From Phyllobates terribilis (taxonomy: Eukaryota): a DNA stretch of 64,000 nucleotides. The DNA lies in assembly GCF_046119375.1 (NCBI RefSeq), contig NW_027362773.1:187550001-187614000 (forward strand). Direction: 5' to 3'. Below, one piece after another: positions 50,870 through 61,816 of the stretch. Within the stretch, counting starts at the first letter, position 1. Every line of letters starts with the position of its first letter. The notes under the pieces were generated by a model. The model was not told the DNA's origin, searched no databases, and was given only the letters and a program-made list of their open reading frames with translations. The position numbers and the translations under genes were made by a program.

Positions 50870-52125
50870 CCTGTGACACCGCGGCTTCTGCACACCCACT
50901 TAACACTTCAGCTGCCAAAGAGAACAGGAAACTGCATCAAGAACAAGAAATCCGAAACTGAAAACAGCCCTTAATGTGCTGACTGATGAGAGCGACCCAC
51001 AGCGCCCCCGACTGTTACATATCGGTACTGGTGGATGGGATTGCAACACAAGAGCACACTGACACCGGCACTGACACCGACACTGCACTTCCTGTTTGTG
51101 CTTCTTTCATGTGAGTTGCTACATTTTGCAACTAGAAAAAAAGTAACAGTAAAATAAACATGTCTGTGTCCTCCTGTGCAGTGGTGGCACCTGTAGGGCT
51201 CCGTTCACATGATACATTTGTAACAGATCCCTAAGGGGGAAAAAAAACATCAAAAAAAAAGTTTTACAAAGTTTCACCAAACTTTTTACAAGATGGGTCT
51301 CAGTTCTTAAAAACGGATCCGTTGAACCGATGACGTAATAGATGATTGGTTATTTTTATCCTTCTCACCAGGTGCATAAAATGATATGAAGCTGTCATCG
51401 GCCCGTCCATGCACTGTGCTCCGATCTCAGGCCGATTTATACGGCTGTCTGTGTGCGCACTTTCCCTGCACATTCAGCTTTGGTTTGTTGAGAGGAGCTC
51501 AGAAAAAAGAGAGATAAAGAGTCAAAAACAGAATAAGCTCACTGACAGATTCTCAGTTAACTCCTCCTGCAGCCAGCAATGGACATTACAACACAAGAAG
51601 CTATAAAAGGCAAATGCATATTTTTTTTAATAAAACCCAATTGCAAAAATAATTGTTAGCCCAAAATACATGTATTTAAATACGAAACATGTCCCCAAAA
51701 GTGACCAATTCAGTTTTACTCCCATTCTATGCTTGTGATGGATGTGAAACTTTGGCTATGCATCATCACCCATAGACCATCAAATCCAGACAGACCAGAA
51801 CAGGAAGGTGTGAATGATACACTAAAAAGTCTTTCCTGCACCCCAGCTAAATGTGTCCGGCAGCAAAGGTGTTAATCCAACGCCCCGCCTACTTCTCTCG
51901 AGACCGCGCTCCAGTGGTTGGTTGCTTCCTGATAGATGTGATTGGCTGCGGTGCCGTAAAAAGGTCAGTTGATCCTACCTGGTTAGTGATTGGCTGTTGT
52001 GTACGCAGGCATTAGCAGGTTAGGTTGTGGTGTGTTCATGTGACTCGCTACACGCAGCACGTGTTATTATGGAGAGTCCTCGTTTAGTGGCCGCAGGGTG
52101 ACGTGAGGTCCTAGCGCTGCAGGTA
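50870..52125. promoter_or_regulatory. Putative divergent promoter region for TRADD and PDCD2L
   Basis: ETS motif CACTTCCTG near 51087; GC box CGCCCCGCC at about 51881; two inverted CCAAT boxes (ATTGG, about 51941 and 51991); candidate donors on the minus strand (GTGAGC, about 50861) and plus strand (CAG/GTAACC, about 52122). Confidence 0.4.
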
Positions 52126-52294
52126 ACCAGAGCCCGGGGCAGGAGCTTGTAATATACACAGGAGGGGGTGATGCTCTGCAATTCGGTGTCGCACCACAAC
52201 CCCCAGGTCTGGTCAGCCAATGGGAGTTGAGGTTTACCAACACCTGGGTTACTACAAATGTCAATTGTTGATCATAACTGCAGTGTAAAGCCTG

Positions 52295-53700
52295 CCTTTC
52301 CCCCATGCTTTACACTGCAGCTCTGTGTCACATTCTCATTATTCATTCCCCCATGCTTTACACTGCAGTTCTGCTGTACATTCTCATTATGAATTTTCCC
52401 CATGCTTTATACTGCAGCTCTGCTTCACATTCTCATTATGTATTTTCCCCATGCTTTATACTGCAGCTCTACTTCACATTCTCATTATGCATTCCCCCAT
52501 GCTTTTCACTGCAGTTCTGCTTTACATTCTCGTTATGAATTGTCCCCATGGTTTACACTGCAGCTCTGCTTCACATTCTCATTATGTATTTTCCCCATGC
52601 TTTATACTGCAGCTCTGCTTCACATTCTCATTATGAATTTTCCCCATGGTTTACACTGCAGCTCTGCTTCACATTCTCATTATGAATTTTCCCCATGGTT
52701 TACACTGCAGCTGCTTCACATTCTCATTATGTATTTTCCCCATGGTTTACACTGCAGCTCTGCTTTACATGCTCATTATGTATTTTCCCCATGGTTTACA
52801 CTGCAGCTCTGCTTCACATTCTCATTATGCATTCCCCCATGCTTTTCACTGCAGTTCTGCTTTACATTCTCATTATGTATTTTCCCCATGGTTTACACTG
52901 CAGCTCTGCTTTACATTCTCATTATGTATTTTCCCCATGGTTTACACTGCAGCTCTGCTTCACATTCTCATTATGTATTTTCCCCATGGTTTACACTGCA
53001 GCTCTGCTTCACATTCTCATTATGTATTTTCCCCATGGTTTACACTGCAGCTCTGCTTCACATTCTCATTATGTATTTTCCCCATGGTTTACACTGCAGC
53101 TCTGCTTCACATTCTCATTATGCATTCCCCCATGCTTTTCACTGCAGTTCTGCTTTACATTCTCATTATGTATTTTCCCCATGGTTTACACTGCAGCTCT
53201 GCTTCACATTCTCATTATGTATTTTCCCCATGGTTTACACTGCAGCTCTGCTTTACATGCTCATTATGTATTTTCCCCATGGTTTACACTGCAGCTCTGC
53301 TTCACATTCTCATTATGAATTTTCCCCATGGTTTACACTGCAGCTCTGCTTCACATTCTCATTATGAATTTTCCCCATGGTTTACACTGCAGCTCTGCTT
53401 CACATTCTCATTATGAATTTTCCCCATGGTTTACACTGCAGCTCTGCTTCACATTCTCATTATGAATTTTCCCCATGGTTTACACTGCAGCTCTGCTTCA
53501 CATTCTCATTATGAATTTTCCCCATGGTTTACACTGCAGCTCTGCTTTACATGCTCATTATGTATTTTCCCCATGGTTTACACTGCAGCTCTGCTTTACA
53601 TTCTCATTATGAATTTTCCCCATGGTTTACACTGCAGCTGCTTCACATTCTCATTATGCATTGCCCCCTTGCTTTATACTGCAGCTCTGCTTCACATTCT
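52295..53700. repeat. 49-bp minisatellite, about 29 copies
   Basis: CCCCATGGTTTACACTGCAGCTCTGCTTCACATTCTCATTATG(T/A)ATTTT; period 49 (52921 to 52970). Confidence 0.95.
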
Positions 53701-53760
53701 CCTTTTCTAACCCCCCTTTTTACTTTTTCTTTCCAAAACTGTATTTTCCTGTGTAAAGTG

Positions 53761-53868
53761 ATGGCGCAGCCGTCTTCTCAGGAGCAACGTGTCCTGCTGG
53801 GGTTTAAAGACGCAGCACTGGAAGTCAAGGCTTCATCCTGGGATGTCAGCAAGATCGGGGGTCTGCCG
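53761..53868 (+). CDS. PDCD2L: PDCD2L coding exon 1 (joined CDS 1032 nt, 343 aa)
   Basis: MAQPSSQEQRVLLGFKDAALEVKASSWDVSKIGGLP resembles PDCD2L VLLGLRD...SKLGGIP; GTAAGA donor. Confidence 0.92.
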
Positions 53869-54951
53869 GTAAGATCCGCTGGTGGGTGTAGTACTGGATG
53901 TAGGTGCTGATGGTCTAATCATAGAGGTAATGAGGGGGCTGATCGCCTCCGGGTGCACAGTCCGCACTGCTATACTGGGACCTGGCGGGGACTTTATACC
54001 CAGATTCGCACAGGGGAAGACCCCCAGAGAAGACCCACACCAGAGCGAACAGGTAAGAAGATCCACATCTCCTCATCCTGCCACAATATTTAAATTGCGG
54101 TTTTGAAGACCCCTGTTCACTTGCACCGCTCTGTAAATAGCCGTGTGGAATTTGTACCCCACAAATCCAGAATGTGTGAACACGGCCTTAGGCTTCCGTC
54201 AGCCGTTCATTTTCACGTACAAGTGTTTTTTGTTTACGGATTATTGTAATTTTGCATTGCTCATATAGCGCCATTATATTCTGCAGATTCACTACCATCA
54301 CTATCCCTAATGGGGCTCACAATTTAACAGAGCACACACACCCTTTATGGGGCTGTTCACACTGAGTCTCTACTCAAATATTAAAAACGGAGACATGTCC
54401 ATATTTGATCCGAGTCATGGATCAGACTCGCCCACTCAAGTTATGGGTCAGTGAACAACTTGGGCTGCCATGGTGTCTGTGTATGGACAGTTTATTTTTT
54501 TTTTCTCACTGTTTGCTAGGGGAAACTATGAAACCTCCATCCTTTTTTGCAGATGCTAAAGTGCTGGGACTCTGATGATAAAAAAAAAAAAAAAAAAAAT
54601 GCTTAGGCTCTGATGAGATAAAAAAAAGTGCTGCGACTCTGAGATAAAAGTGTGCTGTGACTCTGATGATAAAATGCCACTCTGGTGTCTGTGACGCTGT
54701 TTCCAAATTACACATTAATAATTGTTTTTGCAGGAGAACGTCTGTGTTGCACAGAATTTCGCATGTCCTACTCTAACGGTCACACAGTTTTCTCAAAAGG
54801 TGTTCTTCTGTAAAATCTGGTCTGTGTCCTGAACTCTTTGTATGGCCTCACCCTTGGAGGACCCTCCGGCACTACCTCGATGATTGGCAGCTGTATGGGA
54901 TTTAGTCATTGATACACTGCCTGACTCCATTCTCTCTTTGTATTTTCACAG

Positions 54952-55115
54952 GACCCGGTGCCGCAGCTGAAGCTTCTTTTTCCTTCGTGTCCTCTGTGTT
55001 CATCAGTCCTCTGCCACGTTGTTCAGGTGTACTGCCCCCTAGAGGGCTCACGGTACCATCGCGTAATCCATGTGTTTGCATGCAGTACAAAGTCCTGTTG
55101 GGGGAAAGCTGAAAG
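54952..55115 (+). CDS. PDCD2L: PDCD2L coding exon 2
   Basis: DPVP...CPLCSSVLCHVVQVYCPLEGSRYHRVIHVFAC; CAG acceptor, GTAATT donor. Confidence 0.95.
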
Positions 55116-56223
55116 GTAATTCATCTGAGGCTGTGACAGTCTAATGCAAGCAGCAGACAAGGTGCTGCCCAATGTAGATTAGGTACTTAACAGTTTAAAA
55201 ATGGAGGCACTGGGTCATTAAAGCCTCCCTGTTTGTGCGGACTGGCCCCCCGTCCTGTAGCCATAGACATTGGGTGATCAGCAAGTGACTATTTATGTCT
55301 CTCAGTGCACCCTTGCCTCGGCTGTGCAGTTCAGTGCTCCATCCCACCTTTTTTTTTTTTTTTTTGTTTGTTTGTTTTTTTTTCCCCCCTCTATTTTCGT
55401 CCTTATCTTCCTCCTGTAAAGAAACAGCTGTCAATCAAGGAAGAGTTGGTGGGTGGGGGGGGAGATGGATAAGAAGCAAGAAGGGAAGGTGCACTGACAT
55501 GCTCGGCCACAGCAAGGGTGCACAGATTGTCTGTTTGGTTTGAAGAGACTCCCTTTAAATGGGTTCTCCGGCCTTGAGTCACTTTGTGTCTGCTGACTTG
55601 TGAATCCTCACACCGAGCATCCTTGTAGCAGGCAGTCATGTGACTGCAAGTAGGCAGTTTGCACACTTCCGGCCACATTCCGACTAGAAGTGTCTGACCT
55701 CGCTCAATTCACTTGTATTGAGTGAGGCTGCTCACATCTAGTCGACATGTTACCGAATGTATGCAAACTGCAATGTAGAGCAACTGCAGACTTGCAGCAC
55801 TCACGCTGTGAGGGTTCTCTGCTGTTGTGACCACAGTTATGTGATTTGCATATTTCCGCCCACATTCCAATTAATCATGTCCAGCCTCGCTCAGTACACT
55901 TGCATTGAGCAAGGCTGGACAAGTCTAGTTGGCATGTGACCACATATATGCAAATCACATACTGGCAGTCACACGCCCGCCGCTCCCAACAGAAATCCTC
56001 ACAGCACTCAGTGAGTGGGATGTGAGGGTTCGCAAGTCTGCAGTCATAGTGGCTGCAGACTTGTAGCTTAAGGCCAGACAACCTCTTTAATGCATTTTTT
56101 TTTATCAAATGCTGCTGCACCCTGTGCACTTTTTGGAATCCAATGCTACCCCTTTTAGTCATCACATGAGTATCCTTGTATTTTGTTCAGCAGTCATATT
56201 TTATTTTTTGGTCTCTTTTACAG

Positions 56224-56293
56224 CTGGGTGGCATTACGATCACAGTGCCCTGAGACCCATCACCCGGTGGTCACACAAGCCATTCCCAAGCAG
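56224..56293 (+). CDS. PDCD2L: PDCD2L coding exon 3
   Basis: (S)WVALRSQC...PKQ; TTTACAG acceptor, GTATAT donor; phases consistent. Confidence 0.85.
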
Positions 56294-56379
56294 GTATATC
56301 ACTAGGTCTTCATGTATATGTGTGGCTTGACAGTCCCATAAGTCCACCCTTTGTTCAACGTTCATTGTTTTTTATACAG

Positions 56380-56684
56380 GAAGACAAGATGGCAGCTACA
56401 GACTGGTGTGACAATGCTGATGATTGGGGGTTTGATGAGGATGAGCCTTGTGCCACTCGCTGTCTGGTAGTTCCCGTGCCCACAGACTGGACTGCACAGC
56501 TCCAGGACCTCTCCCTCGCCGACACGTCAGAGACAGTACAGTCTCGGGACTCCGTCTTCAGATCTTATTACATAGCAGTCGCAGAGGAAGAGGACTGGGC
56601 CTGGGATGTGGATCTGGATCATGCACGTCGTCTCCTTAAGGACTATGAGAAACAAGAGGTGGCGGTAATGGCGGACCAGGAGAG
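56380..56684 (+). CDS. PDCD2L: PDCD2L coding exon 4
   Basis: DWCDNADDWG...DWTAQLQDL...YYIAVAEEED...LDHARRLLKDY; GTGAGA donor. Confidence 0.95.
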
Positions 56685-56875
56685 GTGAGAAGGAGTGGTG
56701 GGCGCCACAATCCAATCTTCTGTTATAGTGGGGGAGGGTATAATATAGGTCTGCTTCTGCAGAGCCGAGGAAAGTTAGGAGCTAAATGGTCGGCCATATT
56801 GGTTGCAGTACACCTGACCATGTCTATAAAGGTTTATACATTTTCCTTTATGGTAAATTCCTTTATCTTTTACAG

Positions 56876-56983
56876 CTGTGATGGAGAAGGCGAGAAATAT
56901 GAGAAGTGCGACCTGCCGAGGCGAGATGTTGTGTTTCACAAGTTTTTGAAGAAGATCTCTAAGTGCCATCAGCAAATCCTTAG
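56876..56983 (+). CDS. PDCD2L: PDCD2L coding exon 5
   Basis: GEKYEK...FHKFLKKISKCHQQILR (PDCD2_C domain). Confidence 0.93.
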
Positions 56984-57690
56984 GTTGGTAATCTCCGAGG
57001 GTATATAACATATCTTTTCTTTTTTTTTTTTTTTTTTTTAATTTTACCTAATTTTTGGATCCTTAAACTTTAATTAAAAATAGTGTTTGGATAATTCTTT
57101 TTAGCAGGTTCCTGCAGTATTAGGATGGGGACGGGTTTTCCGCTGCTAGTGATCAATCGCTGTTAATCACGTGGATGTGCATGATGCTGTTTTTTTATTT
57201 TTGCAGCGCCACCACAGGGAAAATGAGGCATTGCATCTATATAAATCTAATCTATAGGCTGTCTAACACATGGATGTGTTGGGTTGTTTCCCGGGAGGGA
57301 TGTGCTCTAGGGTGTTGCACTGCTCTACACTATTCAGTGTGTAGTTGCCGCTGCCGGGTACTGCGGAATGGGTTTTATCCACTAGAATAGGAGCTGATAT
57401 GCAGTATTCTGTATCGGCAGCTTCATTTTGAACGGAGTGGCACTGTAAAATATACTTTGTCAGAGCTAAGGACAACTGATTAGCGGAGATGTTGGGAGTT
57501 ACATGTATACCAATCTTGATAGTGATGTCAAGGAGCTGAAGAGCAAAAAGAAAAGTGCAAATGGGGTCTTATCCAGTTTAAAATTGAAAAAATAATAAAA
57601 GGTTATGCTAACCTGGTAAAGCTGTGATCACACAATGTGAAGGTATAGAATTGCCGGTGCGCAGTAAAAAGTATATATGGGTAGAAATGC

Positions 57691-57780
57691 AGACGTGTTT
57701 CGACGTTTTCATACTTCTTCCTCAGGACATAACCGTTCCTGAGGAAGTATGAAAACTTCGAAACGTGTCGACTAATAAAA
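57691..57780. other. Second inverted pair of degenerate hammerhead-like motifs (Penelope-like remnant) in PDCD2L intron 5
   Basis: CTGAGGA...CGAAACGTGTC on plus, CTGAGGA...CGAAACACGTC on minus, followed by AATAAA. Confidence 0.45.
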
Positions 57781-58395
57781 ATTGTAAACTTTTCTGTGTG
57801 CTCCTGAATCTGCATTTCTACCCACTAGCAGCGCTGAATATCCTTGATCTGATAGGATGTCCTATCCTAAAAGGAAAAATCATCAATATCAGGATGGTAT
57901 ATTAGATGGTCTGAAAACCCCTTTAAGATCATGACTAGGGAACTTTGTACTAAACCAATAACCTTTGTATATATACAGTGTGAGTGCCACCTGTATTACA
58001 CTGTCGGCTCCCGAGAGCCACGGAAACTGATGAAGAGTAATAAAAAATAAATATAAATATTTATATATTAGTATTTATTCCAGAATTGGTTTTTTTTGGG
58101 CCATTGTACCCTCATTCGCCCCTAAAATAGATCAAAATGACAGATGTAAAAATATGAAAAGTTTAAAGAGGAAAAAGTGTAAAAATTGAAAATCGCTTGG
58201 AAGGGATTTAAGGTTATGTAGAGGAGAAAAATAAAGCTGCTTCCCCTCCCGTAAGAATAGTGCTACACCTGTCCAAAGCTTAGGTGTGGTATTGCAGGAG
58301 CTGAGCTATAATGCCAGACAGAATCCATATACATTAAGTGATCTTGTATCATGTAGTTTTTGTAAAGTTCCTCTTTATTGTGCCGTCCGCCACAG

Positions 58396-58538
58396 ATACT
58401 CATGGAATGGAAGCCCCCTCTATATAAGCTCTCCAGCTGTGGCATCACAGCCTCCATGTCCACGGTGTGGAGCACCGAGAGTTTTTGAGTTCCAGCTCAT
58501 GCCCGCTCTTGTAACCATGCTGCAAGGATCCAAAGCTG
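58396..58538 (+). CDS. PDCD2L: PDCD2L coding exon 6
   Basis: RYSWNGSPLY...CPRCGAPRVFEFQLMPALV; GTAAGA donor. Confidence 0.95.
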
Positions 58539-58623
58539 GTAAGACAATCTGCCAATATCGGACACAGCTGTAAGTTCACGAATTATCTATGGATGAGGTA
58601 TCTGATACTTCTTTATCTTACAG

Positions 58624-58757
58624 ATTTGTCGTTGGAGTTTGGGATAGTTCTCATTTTCACCTGTGAGAGGAGCTGTTGGGAGGATGGTGCGCAGGTCCCA
58701 GTGCTGGAATACTGCATTGTACAGGAAGACCCCGACCAAAGATACTTCAATGAGTGA
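58624..58757 (+). CDS. PDCD2L: PDCD2L last coding exon
   Basis: LEFGIVLIFTCERSCW...EYCIVQEDPD then TGA. Confidence 0.95.
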
Positions 58758-58949
58758 AATGGGACATTGTGCTTATTTATTTTTTATCATATGACCATTA
58801 CTGCTGCTATAGAAGAAGCTGTTCACTTCATCTGCCGCAGCGATGACATCAATTAGTAACTATGCTGTCTTAAATTTATAGTTTTAACCACATAATAGTT
58901 GTCATTACACGTATAAGAAATATCCTTATATTGGTGTTTTCGTCTTAAA

Positions 58950-58955
58950 AATAAA
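58950..58955 (+). terminator. Candidate PDCD2L polyadenylation signal
   Basis: First AATAAA about 190 nt after the stop codon. Confidence 0.5.
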
Positions 58956-60101
58956 AGCACACCATCATGTGCGGTTAGTAAGCTCCAGATAAGAGTGAAT
59001 ACACAATCTGTAGGTGATGGCACAGCAGCTGCTGGGGTAACAGCGTGGACCTAAACAACGAGCTATCCTGGATCGCAAACAGGCAGAACTGGACACACTG
59101 GAAGCTTCAGAGCTACACATGTAGACAAACACAGAAGCTGAAGATGTAAAGTAGATCAGGAATTGCAGCATAATGTGAGCAAGTCCAAATACCAGTTTAT
59201 GCGCACAGCAGATTAAGCGTTAAACAGCAGGTCAGGATGTAGATGCCTATTGTAGAATCCACAGGAGTTTGCAAAGACTTTAGATAATATATCCTTCATT
59301 CTTATAGTAGATGAAGGGTTAATCAGCAAGTCTGAGGAGCAGTAGATGCAGGCTGTAGAAACCACAGGAGTTTGCAGAGATGATAGTAGTGTAACATAAT
59401 CGCCCATTGTCAACCCCTAATTATATACAGACTCACTAAACTCCTGTCAATCCCTTCTGGACATGTCAAGTACTGGCATGTCATATTTTCCTCTTCTCCC
59501 ATGACAGCACCACCTGAGAGAGAGGGTATCCGCCCACCAAGGACAGGAACCTACTGAATAAAAAGGCGGTACCTCTCCTCCGCATCCGTTTTGGTTCCTG
59601 TCCCTGATGGGAGCCTCACCAGGTGGTACCTCACGTACCTGGATTATGGACGGTGCGGCCTGGAGGCCGTGGAAGCAGCAGATGGTCCCTGTTCCCAGCC
59701 CGTCTGGCTGCTGCCCGGGTCTGCGTGTGGGGAGGAGGTGCTGTGTTTTTTTTTTTTTTTTGGATTCCTCCCCGCTTGCGCCGGGGCCTGCGGCCGGGTC
59801 TGCGCCTCGCAAAGATGAACTGAGCGCGCCGGCCGGCAGGTCTTCCGGGCTGCGCACATGGGGGTCGCGTCGCACCCTGTGACGGAGCGCGCCGGAAGTC
59901 CGGGCTGCGCACGCGCGGGGTGCTGACGCGCCCTATCACGGAGTGCGCCGGAAACCGGGTCTGCGCATGCGCGGGTGGGAAGCTGTCATCCCGCTGCAAG
60001 CGCGCCGGGTGCCGCTGGGCTGCGCATGCGCAGAGGCAGGTGGATCTGTGGGTAGCGCGCCAGCTGGCTAAAATTTAAAAAAAAAAAAAAAGAGATTTGA
60101 G

Positions 60102-61816
60102 ATGAGCACGCTGCCGGAAGGGGAGGAGCCTAAAGGAGGTGGAACCCTACTGCTTTTAAGGATGGGGAGCAATCAGGATGGCGGTGTCTGCATCCCCGCC
60201 ATGATGGATGAGGAACCGCAGTCACCTGGGCAGCAGCTGTCACCGCCACAGGAAGTACAGCAGCAGCCACAGCCATCAAAGCAGCGCAAGCAGCTCAAAC
60301 AAATGGAACGGGAATCTTCCCATCGACAAAGTCACAGCAGTGAGGGGCGTACGAGTTCCGGCAAGACTGGTCAGAAAAGACTTCGTCAGTCCACCTCCGC
60401 CAGATGGGAGCCCTCATGTGAACGGCAACCACCGCCTCCGGTACCCTAGTCTGAACGGCAGTGTGGTGAGTGATCTTCGTGAAAGTCTCACCTTGAATAA
60501 TGTGCTCTTCTCTCGCTCTTTTCCTCCTTCTTCTCCTTTTATTTCTTGGGGCAGGAGGCGAAGAAGTGTAGTGCTAAAAGTAAAAACAGGGAGTGTGCTT
60601 TATGCAAAATCGGTCTTCCCACCTCCTATGCCAAAAACCTATGCTCGGACTGTATTCAGAAAACCATTGCAGAGGAGTCCCCCAGGTTTTCTTTAGAATT
60701 AAAGGATCTAATCCAGACAGAGGTCAGAGAGTCTTTAAGAGGCTTAACCTCACTCAAAAAGAAGAAGCGAAAACTAGTTTCTTCAGAATCAGAGGAATCA
60801 GTGGAGTCCCGTTTTACAAGAGAACTGCCTTCCTCCTCTAATCACTCCTCATCGTCATCGGAGTCTTCGGATGATGATGGGGGGGGGGGGGCAGACCTTG
60901 TTTTTCGGTTGATAATACTGAGAGACTAGTTAAAGCCGTCAGAGGGACTATGGGTATTACCGATACCAAAGTGCCCAGAACAGTCCAGGATGTTATGTTC
61001 GGGGGCTTAGACCAAAGGAGGAGACGCTCATTCCCGGTCAATGACCAGATTAAATCTCTGATAGAAAGGGAATGGAAGAAACCGGAGAGGAAGGGTCAGC
61101 TGCCGTCCTCCTCCAAGCGGAGGTACCCCTTTGAGGATGAGGATGCGGCTAAATGGGACAAAACCCCTAAGATTGACATGGCCATTTCAAAATCTTCAAA
61201 AAAATCCACTCTGCCCTTTGAGGATTTAGGAGCCTTAAAAGACCCGCTGGATAAAAAAGCGGAGTCCTTCCTTAAGCAAACCTGGGAGTCGTCAGCAGGG
61301 GCCCTTAAACCGGCAGTAGCAGCGACCTGCACTGCTAGATCTATGATGATCTGGCTTCAACAATTGGAAGACCAGATCAGGGGGAATGTGTCCAGGGAGA
61401 AAATTCTATCAGACCTTCCTCTTGTGCAGGGAGCGGCTGCATTCCTGGCAGATGCATCGGCAGATTCAGTTAGGCTGGCTGCCCGGTCTGCAAACCTCTC
61501 TAATGCAGCCCATAGGGCGCTATGGCTCAAGAGCTGGCCAGGAGATGTGCAGTCAAAGTCTAAACTGTGCTCAATCCCTTGTGAGGGGGACTTCTTGTTC
61601 GGCAAAGGTCTAGATGACATCCTAGATAAAGCCGCAGACAAAAAACATGGATTTCCCACAGTGTCTGGTTCCCGATTTAACAGTTCCTTTCGGAAGAGAA
61701 AATACAGCCGCAATAAAGCTCCCAGAGACCAAGGTAGCTGGAAAGACCGAAAGCCGTATAGCAGATGCTTCATGTTTGGGGGTCCCTCCTCCGAGAATAA
61801 GAAGGCCCCTAAGTGA
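60102..61816 (+). CDS. DIRS ORF1 (gag-like; CxxC...CxxC zinc motif and LAP2alpha-like region); needs one intron and one homopolymer frameshift to join
   Basis: Segments 60102-60449, 60546-60929 (CALC...CSDC) and 60950-61816 (EREWKKPE...KIDMAIS...KDPLDKKAE...LWLKSW); 13-G run at 60879-60891 shifts the frame. Confidence 0.7.

Noticed and set aside
52325-53710. Hydrophobic 200-320-aa ORFs
   Set aside because: Products of the 49-bp minisatellite.
59459-59483. p53-like response element GGACATGTCA-AGTAC-TGGCATGTCA next to the DIRS left end
   Set aside because: Three mismatches to RRRCWWGYYY x2 and a 5-bp spacer; too weak without binding data.
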